A stretch of DNA of 64,000 nucleotides from an uncultured virus (IMG/VR IMGVR_UViG_3300017992_000022) (taxonomy: Duplodnaviria; Heunggongvirae; Uroviricota; Caudoviricetes), in IMG/VR virus record IMGVR_UViG_3300017992_000022, one strand, 5' to 3'. This document shows, piece by piece, positions 10,106 to 18,460 of this stretch (the stretch's first letter is position 1; every line of letters starts with the position of its first letter). Made by a program: the position numbers and the translations under genes. Under the pieces are notes generated by a model, which worked only from the letters and a program-made list of their open reading frames with translations, made no database searches and had not been told where the DNA came from.

Positions 10106-11302
10106 CTACGGCGTGTACTGCACAGTGAACCCAGGCCAGGGGAGCAAGACTCCGTTCTGGAGATGGACCCTGTTCTTTGTGCCACCGTCGTGATCGATGG
10201 TCTGCATCTCGTTGAGATTGCCGCGAATGGACTCGTGACCCTCCAAGCGCCCCAACAACTCGTAGAACTCACTGTTGTTCAAGTAGTCCATGATCAAGTG
10301 AGTCCCAGTCATCACGTCGTTGGCGCTCTTACGCGCGTTCGCCTCTCTACTGGTCCACACGGTGAACCCCTCGTCGTCGTCGCTGTAAGACCACTCGAGA
10401 CACCGTACGTGGTGTTGGCCTTGGTCACTGTCCCTCCAAACCTTCCCGTTCCCCCAATCAGTGCTATCTCCTTCTCGGTTGATCTGTTCCGCGGAAACCG
10501 TCACTGCTGTGTCAGGTCCCATGATGGCGCGTAGCTCGGAAGTTGAATGGGCTGGGTCAGTCTCCCAAGGTGTGATCTGAGCCGTAGTGACCAAAGAACT
10601 ACCGCCGTTGGTGTTGAACTCCCATATGTTGAGATGAGTGCCCTCTGTATCTCCTTCGAGATACAGGTATCTGGTGTTGGCGTCTGCTGAGTTGTTGTCG
10701 TTGTAATAAGCCGGGCCGATGATCTCCCCAGAAGCCGTCCACACCCCATCCATGGAAACGGAGAACTCAAGCCAGTTATTGGTGCTCAGTTTGCACTCGA
10801 TCTCCCAGGCGTCCGCATGGGGAGTGACCAAGCGCCACCAATCACCATTCGTGCTCGGGGTCTGGTAATCCTCCGACAAGATCCACCACGAGAGACCAGT
10901 AGCTGCTGTCGGGTACTCCGAAGCCGCGGTGCGGAAATCGATGCCGATGGTGTTCGCATCGGGGTTAGTGAGGATCCGATAGAATCCGCTATTCTCAGGA
11001 TTCGAGGCATCTACCACCAGAGCCCACTTGTCTACCTCCCCACCTGCCGCGGAAAACGCACCCGTCTCGGTTAGGTTCTTGTTAGAACCAGAGAAAACGC
11101 CAGAAGTCCCGTTGCTCTCGTACGAAGTAGCGGGATCGTAAGATCCCGATGTGGCGTTCTCAAACTCGCTCGCTCCGCCGGGGGGCTTTGTGTACCCGAG
11201 GACATGGTAGAGGAAGAAACAAACGCACTTACTCCAGAAGTTCATCCCAGATCTACCAGGGGATTGCATGAAACGTGCTTCCCTGATCCAATGGCTAGCC
11301 AT
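10106..11302 (-). CDS. Putative tail/fibre-associated structural protein
   Basis: 398 aa with GGAGG RBS; resembles 11316..12551 (VLGY/VVGW, NSGFYRIL/KNGIYRIL, HLQNG/HMFGG). Confidence 0.5.
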   Translation of the reverse strand: MASHWIREARFMQSPGRSGMNFWSKCVCFFLYHVLGYTKPPGGASEFENATSGSYDPATSYESNGTSGVFSGSNKNLTETGAFSAAGGEVDKWALVVDASNPENSGFYRILTNPDANTIGIDFRTAASEYPTAATGLSWWILSEDYQTPSTNGDWWRLVTPHADAWEIECKLSTNNWLEFSVSMDGVWTASGEIIGPAYYNDNNSADANTRYLYLEGDTEGTHLNIWEFNTNGGSSLVTTAQITPWETDPAHSTSELRAIMGPDTAVTVSAEQINREGDSTDWGNGKVWRDSDQGQHHVRCLEWSYSDDDEGFTVWTSREANARKSANDVMTGTHLIMDYLNNSEFYELLGRLEGHESIRGNLNEMQTIDHDGGTKNRVHLQNGVLLPWPGFTVQYTP

Positions 11303-11315
11303 CTGATCCTCCTAG

Positions 11316-12551
11316 CTACTTCTGCACGTGGATGGAGCTGCCGTTCCAGGTAGCTGCGAACCCACCGAACATATGCAAGTAGAAATCTGGAGCCGGGCCA
11401 TCGCCGAACGCCATCAAGTTCTGATTGGCTTTGGAAGTCATCCAGCAATCCTTAAACTCCCCCCGGTGCTCCATGTGCCCGGAGGTTCGACACTCCAGCT
11501 CTATCTCCACACGATACAAATACCGGCTCCAGCTACTCATTCGTTGGGACCCAGTGCCCAAAACATGGTTGTTGACCCCCACCGGAATCGTCGGCACTTG
11601 CAAATAGTACGTCACTTCCGTGTCGTCAGAAGGAAGAGCCGACATACCGCGCCCACTGTCCTCAACCTGGCCACCATTTGCATAACCGAACATGTTCGGC
11701 CAAACATCTGGGTTTGCAGATCCAGCCCCACCGTAAACGATCACCCCGGGGTTCGTATCCACAGAAGTGTCATCCACAGCGATCTCTCCCAGATAGATGA
11801 AGTTAGGTACGTTGTTCGTCTGATTCCAATAACAGATCACAGCGTGATCATCTGTACCGAAAGCCCACACATACGTATCAACGACCGTGCTCGCTCCTGT
11901 AGTGGTGGGGTTCTTCTGCGATGTGTTGCGGGAATCATCCCACGCGTGCGAGGAGTTGTTCCAAGTTCCAAAAGGACCGATAGCTATAGAAGGAAACCCG
12001 GACCAAGCACCTCCAGTAGCCGTGGTAAGCAAACGGATGTCGAAGTTGGGCTCAGAGGGAGTGTGGGAATAGGCGGCCCTGACTACGGCGTACTTGCTTG
12101 GATCGGGGATGTACGTTGCGGAACCGTCCCACAAACGCCAACTGAAGGACTTGCCATCGGGCAAACCGTCCTCGTGCACCCCGCGCTTGATGTCGAGAAC
12201 GAGAATATTCCCAGCCAGCACATCCAGAATGCGGTAGATGCCATTCTTCTCTACCTCTGCGGCAGTCCCCGTGATCCCTGTGATGGTGATGTACTTCCCG
12301 CGGTCGTCGGTGTCCCAGTCGGTCTTGGAGCTACCAGACATGTCGATACGATCGGCGTTGGCAGTTGTGGCGCCGTCCCCCGATCCAGAAGCCTCGACAT
12401 CAGTCCAGCTCGAGTCCGTTGGATCTTCATCCCGCAGGGTCCACCCCACGACTTGAGTCAACCACTCGACCAACCAGCGGGAGAACAAATGTCCTCCCCG
12501 GCCAGCAATCGAGGTGCTCAACAAGAGCCCATTCTGAAACTTGTTGGCCAT
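11316..12551 (-). CDS. Putative tail/fibre-associated structural protein
   Basis: 411 aa with GAGGAG RBS; probable paralogue of 10106..11302. Confidence 0.5.
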   Translation of the reverse strand: MANKFQNGLLLSTSIAGRGGHLFSRWLVEWLTQVVGWTLRDEDPTDSSWTDVEASGSGDGATTANADRIDMSGSSKTDWDTDDRGKYITITGITGTAAEVEKNGIYRILDVLAGNILVLDIKRGVHEDGLPDGKSFSWRLWDGSATYIPDPSKYAVVRAAYSHTPSEPNFDIRLLTTATGGAWSGFPSIAIGPFGTWNNSSHAWDDSRNTSQKNPTTTGASTVVDTYVWAFGTDDHAVICYWNQTNNVPNFIYLGEIAVDDTSVDTNPGVIVYGGAGSANPDVWPNMFGYANGGQVEDSGRGMSALPSDDTEVTYYLQVPTIPVGVNNHVLGTGSQRMSSWSRYLYRVEIELECRTSGHMEHRGEFKDCWMTSKANQNLMAFGDGPAPDFYLHMFGGFAATWNGSSIHVQK

Positions 12552-12563
12552 GGCCTATCTCCT

Positions 12564-12821
12564 CTACTCGAAGCTAGATCCATAAACGCGGGCCCTGGCC
12601 GCGTTAGGACTCAGAGGACTCCCGTAGCACTCCTCATTGGTGAACGTCACTACAGCTTGTTCAGACTCCCTGAACACTGTTAACTCTGCCCCGCCATCTT
12701 CCTCATCTCCGGTCAAAGAAAGATCTCCGAGGCGATAGCGGTGTCCGCCGTCTGCCCAACTGCGGGGGAGCCAATAATTGATAGCGCTCAAGATGCGTCT
12801 TCTGCGCTCATGTTCCGTCAT
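12564..12821 (-). CDS. Hypothetical protein
   Basis: 85 aa ORF filling the gap, co-oriented with the module. Confidence 0.55.
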   Translation of the reverse strand: MTEHERRRRILSAINYWLPRSWADGGHRYRLGDLSLTGDEEDGGAELTVFRESEQAVVTFTNEECYGSPLSPNAARARVYGSSFE

Positions 12822-12941
12822 GCTAAGTCACCCATTTTTGGAGGTTTCCAGCAAGTAGATCTTGGTCCACGATTCTACTCTCTGAGAGCAGGGACGGTCA
12901 AACTCTTGAGATAAGGTAATGCTGAGAGGTAGTATCAAGTT

Positions 12942-13256
12942 ATGGACCTCAAATTTCTCGATCCAGAAATTACCAGAAAACTGCTCGAAGGGCACGAGGA
13001 CGTTGTGACGAAACGAGCAGAAGATCGAGAAAAGTTCTACTCGGCACAAAGCTGCCCGCGCTGCGGAGGGAACTGTAGAAAGCTGGGCAACTATCACTCA
13101 ATGTACCGGGGCGAGGACATCCTCCCGAAGTTCTACCTAGAATGCGTAGCTTGTGGTGAACAGTTCGATCCGCATTCCGGGATCGTGCTAAAGACAGGAA
13201 ATGTGGGCCGAGCGGTAGAACCGGCTATTCCGATCGTAGGAGGGTCCGAAGACTAA
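12942..13256 (+). CDS. Zn-ribbon protein on the strand opposite the structural module
   Basis: CPRCGG...CVACGE; GAGGT RBS; upstream GAGATAAG motif. Confidence 0.7.
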   Translation: MDLKFLDPEITRKLLEGHEDVVTKRAEDREKFYSAQSCPRCGGNCRKLGNYHSMYRGEDILPKFYLECVACGEQFDPHSGIVLKTGNVGRAVEPAIPIVGGSED

Positions 13257-16200
13257 GACGACGTCTGGCGCGTGATCGATAGCGCGTCAGGGATAAAAGT
13301 CGCCAGCCTCCCCCTACTGATCGCGTCCTCAGATCTATCGATCTGTATCGTCCTATCTACGTTGTGAACCACGCCAAGCAACGTGATCGGCATCTCTACT
13401 CTCTCAGCTCCTCTTCTGCGCGGGATGTTGCCGATTGCAGACGCCTCGAGAACCTCGTCCGGAAGTAACCCATCGATTAGGTCTTCTAGATCTGATTCGA
13501 TGACACTTTCCTGAGACCCGCCCTGGTAGACGAGCTCGAACTGCACGAAATGCGGCACCAGATGTCTGACCACAATACTGGCGCACAGCACCCTATCGAG
13601 TTCTGAAGAAGCGAAACGCTGAACCTCTTCCGTTAACTCAGATCTCTCGTAGTTCACCTGGATATTCTGTTGAGAGATCTGCGTCGTGTTTTCGGGAGAG
13701 TCGGTACTCCCGGGAGTCAAGACCCTCCTGCTGATGATCATTGAAGGCTCTTCGTAGATAGAAAAGGTCAGGTCCTCGTCGTCGTTCGACAGCCGGTAAC
13801 CATCTGACTTGTGGTTCTCCACCTCGAGCTGCAAGTCAGCCTCGATGTTGAATTCATCTCCAGCTCCGTAAGAAACCACCTCTATGTCAGCGTAGTACAG
13901 AGATCCTTCTGTGTTGTCTTGCATTTCCGTAGAGCTAACTCGCTGGACACCTTTGCGATGAATCTTGAAATGTTGCGAAGGTCCCACATCCCCTGCAGCA
14001 AAACCACCCCACACATCCCCCGGGAGAAGCACAAGATCTTCCGGTTTCTTGATCGACAACCGCATGTGGTTTGATGTGGCTCCAGAGATGTAACCTGAGT
14101 CTTCGACGACGTATCTACCACGCGCGTTAGCGTGATTATTCGTGACGGAGAGCCCGAGGATAGAGAGCGCAGTTCCGCCCTTCACATCGAACTCGATGTC
14201 GGCCTCTAGACGCAGGTATTTCTTGCTCGTTGAAGTATCGTCCTCTACGTAAGCGATGGTCTCGCCTAACTGGTTGTTGATTTCAGCTACCAGTCGATCT
14301 GGGCCATCTACCTCCGCCGAGAACGTCACTGTCTTGTCGGGACCGTTCTCGAGAGAGAAGAGCAAGGTCTTGGCAATGACGTAGTCCGGGTCTAGGGGTG
14401 CGTCATACTCTACGTCGCCTCCGGAAGTTTTGTCCCGAATGTCGGCCGTCCCTTGCACCGGCTGATAAGTGATCTCTAGAATGTCGCCGGGGAGAACCTC
14501 CCGCAAAAGGAAGTCGATCTCTTCTGCACGAGAGTACTTACCATCGCCGGACGGCGGGTCTTTCTCGCTTTCTACGAACGTATCCCCGCTCGAGGCGATA
14601 TAGAGGTTGTCGGGCACAGACTCTTCTCCTGCAGGCAAGAGCGTGTGCTCGAGCGCAGGGTCTGGGAAGAAACGGAAGTAGGCCGACTGGTCACCGTATA
14701 GATCGTAAGAGAACTCCGTTCTTGGCTCCTCATCTTGTGCGATTTCTCCTAAGACAACATTGGGAGCGTGCTCCCCTGCAGCCGGAGGGTTGCCCGACTT
14801 GATCGCTGCCTTCCTGTAGTCTCCCCTCACCTCAAAAGACGTTGGCTCAAGGAAGTAACAACGGAGCTTGCCGAAGGACCTAGATCCAATCCGTACTGTG
14901 GCTTTCTCATCGGGAAGAGGAAAGATCACCTTCCCGTCGTCCCCCACTCGGCACACTAGAAGTCTCTCTGCCTCGACTTCCTGCAAATACCAAAACTCGA
15001 TGTTGTCCCCCGTAAGGACATAGACTGAGTCCCGCTCCTCCTCGATATCTAGAGTCGCATCAGTCCAATCCGAAACGGCAGACTCGCTAACGATTTGGCG
15101 ATTGTCTTCCGCGAAGGAGGTCGACAGCCCCAAGAGAGTGTTGGCGGTACCAGAGGTGTCTACCACAATCCAGTTGTTGCGGGACCGTAGAGTGAGATAG
15201 CTCTCTCCCTGATCCGTGTCGCGTTGCCCAGCAATGCTGTAACCGACTCCGGCGTCAATCTGGTCCTTCACATCCTGTAGATCTGCCACAGCTGAGAAAG
15301 TGATGATGGACACCGCTCCGCCGTTGATGGAGATCTTGATCGTGGTCCCGTTCAAAGCTCCCAGCGCACCAGAGAGATCTACGGTTCCGATAATGCCCAA
15401 TCTGGCGTCGTTGATCTCTTTCTTCTTGCCGACGCCGATATTGGAAAAAGCAGAAGACTGAATGTCGACTGGATCTGCGTAAGGGATAACGTTACCCGTA
15501 GGCTGCTGGGAAGAATCCAATATATCCACGCTAGAGACCCTGAGCAACGGTGGACTCAGCCCGTCCCCCTTCTTGAACAGTTCCCAAGACTCACTGCTGG
15601 AGGTCTTCTTCAACTCAGTTCCCAGAACCAGCAACTTGTTACCAGTGCCGGTGATCTGGACGACACTGTAATCTCCCGCGTTGAGCGTGTTCCCTGTGAT
15701 CCGGAGTGTGTCTCCCTCCTCCGTACCCAGCTGATCGAAGTCTACTTCTGCAACCGTGGACACCTGAGAGCTACCGAGTATGGTGACTAGGTCGCTCCCA
15801 GATCCACGAACAGTCTTGGGCTCAAGAAGATTTACATCTATCTCGTCTACGATTTTGTACCGCTGACCAGTGACCGTGCTGCCAGGCTCCGGATCTACCT
15901 GAAGCCTTAGCGCGTTTCCTCCAGGAGCAACCTTTACGATCTGGTACGCTCCTGCATTTCCTGCGTCGGTCTCGATGACTAAAGTCATCCCCACCCGGAC
16001 TTTTTGACCCAGGAAATCGCTGGTCACAGCCAACGAAAGGTCCTCAACAATATCAGCTGGAAGTCCGGCCTTCTTGGTATCCAGATTCAGCCCCTCCATG
16101 AGGGGACTCTCGTCACTGACTGCCTCGATGACCAGCTCTTCCTCTTCCAGACCGGTGCCCCTCACGTAAAAGTCGGTGCAACCTCCGATGTGAACCTCGC

Positions 16201-17437
16201 CGTCGGAGATCTCGACAACCCCGCTCACACCATCAGGGCTCACTAGCCCACCAGGGATATCAGAGATCGTGATGACACTTTTCCTGACATAGAACTGCTG
16301 CGAGCTCAACCCGTCCGGCATGTCGGGATGGGGGACGGGATCTACGGGTGGCAGTCCTGGATCCAGGGCTGCCCCGATCTTCAGAAACTCGTCAGAGATC
16401 ACCTCCAAGACGGGGTAGTCCGCATTTTGCAGTGTGAGCATGAAACCCTCAACTGGTCCCACAGCTCCCACAGAACTAGTGAAGGTGGCGGAGGGGCTGC
16501 CGAAGACATCCGTCACTCCGTCACCATCCCCGTCATCGGTCGTGTAGCCGTCCGTGCCGTAGACCACGATGGGCCCCAAGCCACCGCCCTTCAGAATGTC
16601 CCTCCCCATTTCTGTATCGTTGAACCCGACAACTTGCAGATGCTGCAGGTCCCCGAATTGATCGAACAAACGAGCAATGGCTCCACGAGGTACAACCAAA
16701 GATCGCTCAGTCAAGCTATCTTCACCACGCTCGAGAAAGCTGAGTGTAGACTCTTCAGCAACGCCATCTCTGAACCGAGCAAGGTTGGTGATCTTTACCG
16801 CTGCTGGAACGTTAGCGATGCTGACGATTTCCCCTGTACCTACGTTGTACTCATCTCCCTCAGTCTCTGCCTCGAAAGAAACGTCGAAGTAGAAAAGGTT
16901 GCCATCCTGGTTGAATAGCATGGCCTCGGCAGAGATCTCTTGTGTCGATGAGGGGACGAACTTCAACCCATCCGACGTCGAAGCCTCGTTCCCCAAAGAG
17001 ATGGACACAGCTACTGGAGCGTTGAAGTACAACCTGCATTGCCCAACAGATCTGCTTCCTCGAGTACGGCTCACAAAGAAGTTCCCCATCAGGGAATCTG
17101 CTTCCTCGGGGGACAAGAGGTCCTGATCGTTCAAGGACTTATTCTTGCGCAAGAACTCGACTTCACGGATGACTGGATCTAGCAAAGCCTCCATCGGCTT
17201 TATCAACAAGTCCGCTAAAGCCTCGCCTTCCTCAGAACTGAGGTTGGGGTACTCTTGCTGCAGCCGCGCACGGATGAATGTTGGGACATCCATCTCGAAC
17301 GGGTCTGGGGTGAACCTACGCACTACGGGATCGATGATCTCTGTTTGTGCCGGAGAACCATCTTCCAGATCGATGTCTGGGTCGTAGGTGAGAAGTTTCT
17401 CTTCTAGGAATTCCTGGAGGTCTTCTGTTCCGGGCAT
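13253..17437 (-). CDS. Baseplate wedge protein (gpJ/gp6-like) with large insertions
   Basis: N-terminal LADLLIKP..LMGNFFVSR..FEAETEGDEYNV..GVAEES pattern typical of baseplate J; adjacent to a gp25-like gene. Confidence 0.7.
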   Translation of the reverse strand: MPGTEDLQEFLEEKLLTYDPDIDLEDGSPAQTEIIDPVVRRFTPDPFEMDVPTFIRARLQQEYPNLSSEEGEALADLLIKPMEALLDPVIREVEFLRKNKSLNDQDLLSPEEADSLMGNFFVSRTRGSRSVGQCRLYFNAPVAVSISLGNEASTSDGLKFVPSSTQEISAEAMLFNQDGNLFYFDVSFEAETEGDEYNVGTGEIVSIANVPAAVKITNLARFRDGVAEESTLSFLERGEDSLTERSLVVPRGAIARLFDQFGDLQHLQVVGFNDTEMGRDILKGGGLGPIVVYGTDGYTTDDGDGDGVTDVFGSPSATFTSSVGAVGPVEGFMLTLQNADYPVLEVISDEFLKIGAALDPGLPPVDPVPHPDMPDGLSSQQFYVRKSVITISDIPGGLVSPDGVSGVVEISDGEVHIGGCTDFYVRGTGLEEEELVIEAVSDESPLMEGLNLDTKKAGLPADIVEDLSLAVTSDFLGQKVRVGMTLVIETDAGNAGAYQIVKVAPGGNALRLQVDPEPGSTVTGQRYKIVDEIDVNLLEPKTVRGSGSDLVTILGSSQVSTVAEVDFDQLGTEEGDTLRITGNTLNAGDYSVVQITGTGNKLLVLGTELKKTSSSESWELFKKGDGLSPPLLRVSSVDILDSSQQPTGNVIPYADPVDIQSSAFSNIGVGKKKEINDARLGIIGTVDLSGALGALNGTTIKISINGGAVSIITFSAVADLQDVKDQIDAGVGYSIAGQRDTDQGESYLTLRSRNNWIVVDTSGTANTLLGLSTSFAEDNRQIVSESAVSDWTDATLDIEEERDSVYVLTGDNIEFWYLQEVEAERLLVCRVGDDGKVIFPLPDEKATVRIGSRSFGKLRCYFLEPTSFEVRGDYRKAAIKSGNPPAAGEHAPNVVLGEIAQDEEPRTEFSYDLYGDQSAYFRFFPDPALEHTLLPAGEESVPDNLYIASSGDTFVESEKDPPSGDGKYSRAEEIDFLLREVLPGDILEITYQPVQGTADIRDKTSGGDVEYDAPLDPDYVIAKTLLFSLENGPDKTVTFSAEVDGPDRLVAEINNQLGETIAYVEDDTSTSKKYLRLEADIEFDVKGGTALSILGLSVTNNHANARGRYVVEDSGYISGATSNHMRLSIKKPEDLVLLPGDVWGGFAAGDVGPSQHFKIHRKGVQRVSSTEMQDNTEGSLYYADIEVVSYGAGDEFNIEADLQLEVENHKSDGYRLSNDDEDLTFSIYEEPSMIISRRVLTPGSTDSPENTTQISQQNIQVNYERSELTEEVQRFASSELDRVLCASIVVRHLVPHFVQFELVYQGGSQESVIESDLEDLIDGLLPDEVLEASAIGNIPRRRGAERVEMPITLLGVVHNVDRTIQIDRSEDAISRGRLATFIPDALSITRQTSS

Positions 17438-17438
17438 G

Positions 17439-18089
17439 TTACAACTCCAAACCTACGATCGCGCGTTGCCCCGATTGGGATGTTAGTTCCATCCGTGCGA
17501 CGAGGGCTGTTTGCTGTACGTTGAATACGGCGCTGAGCACCGACACAGATCCCAGTTTCTCGGCAGCGGTGAGGCGCGAGTTAGAGGCCTGCAACGAAAT
17601 GATCTGGGACCTGGTTCTGCTGACGGCCGTGGTGAACGCCGCAGTAACTCCCCCAGCGTTAGACCGAGAAAACTCCGCACCGATCAATTTCTGGACCCCG
17701 CCTCCAGTCTTTGGGTACCAGGCATCGGTACCCGGAGACCGAAGAAGATACATGACGAAGGACTGTATCAGCTTCTTCAGTCCGCTTACCTTCTGTGGGA
17801 AATTGGTGAGCTCAAACTTCATTTGGCTGCTGACGGTTTTCGTGAAATCGCTGCTCAGCACAGCGAGGGTGCGGATGATCGACTTCTCTTGGCTGTCTGG
17901 GACCTGCACAAGGATGCGGTTCTTGGAGACCACGACGAAAGAAGGTGCCTCCTCTTCGTTGATCTCCACCTTCACCGCATTGAGGAAATTGGGTCCCGTG
18001 ACTTCCAGAGTGCGCGGCACGACCCCAGGAAGTTCCCCTACATAGTCCACGTTCAGCACATCACGCAGATAAATGACCTGCAAGTCCAT
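17439..18089 (-). CDS. Baseplate wedge/sheath-initiator protein (gp25/gpW-like) with N-terminal IPT-like domain
   Basis: KVSGLKKLIQSFVMYLLRSPGTDAWYP..GGG motif; lies upstream of the J-like gene. Confidence 0.6.
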   Translation of the reverse strand: MDLQVIYLRDVLNVDYVGELPGVVPRTLEVTGPNFLNAVKVEINEEEAPSFVVVSKNRILVQVPDSQEKSIIRTLAVLSSDFTKTVSSQMKFELTNFPQKVSGLKKLIQSFVMYLLRSPGTDAWYPKTGGGVQKLIGAEFSRSNAGGVTAAFTTAVSRTRSQIISLQASNSRLTAAEKLGSVSVLSAVFNVQQTALVARMELTSQSGQRAIVGLEL

Positions 18090-18460
18090 TATGACGGAAC
18101 CTCCTCGTCACCAGCGACCGATGTGTTCACATTGCCACTTTCTCGATCTTCCGAACTCAAGCTGAAGGCGCTGGGAGGAAGCTTCTTTACTGTCCGTACC
18201 ACCTCCGTGATCCCGTTGACGATCCTGTCTACGACGTCTTTCTTGTTGAGACGGATGTCAGTCTTGCCGTCGCTGCCCTCTATCTGATTGATCTGCTCCT
18301 GCATTAGCGTCTCTAGGTTCACCGTCGAGACACTATCTGTGAATTTCTCCCCTTGAACGAACGAGTAAGCGTCTCCAAGGATGTCTCGGACCTGAAGGTT
18401 CAGCTTCGTCTTCTTGACCTTGGGCGCGTTAGCTTTCTTTTTCGGGGACCTTGCCATCAC
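18089..18460 (-). CDS. Hypothetical protein
   Basis: 123 aa with overlapping start/stop junctions on both sides. Confidence 0.6.
   Translation of the reverse strand: MMARSPKKKANAPKVKKTKLNLQVRDILGDAYSFVQGEKFTDSVSTVNLETLMQEQINQIEGSDGKTDIRLNKKDVVDRIVNGITEVVRTVKKLPPSAFSLSSEDRESGNVNTSVAGDEEVPS

Noticed and set aside
11328..12683. 451-aa plus-strand ORF
   Set aside because: Antisense shadow of 11316..12551; no RBS and non-protein-like composition. The same applies to 1109..2047, 2951..3832, 17511..18287 and similar ORFs.
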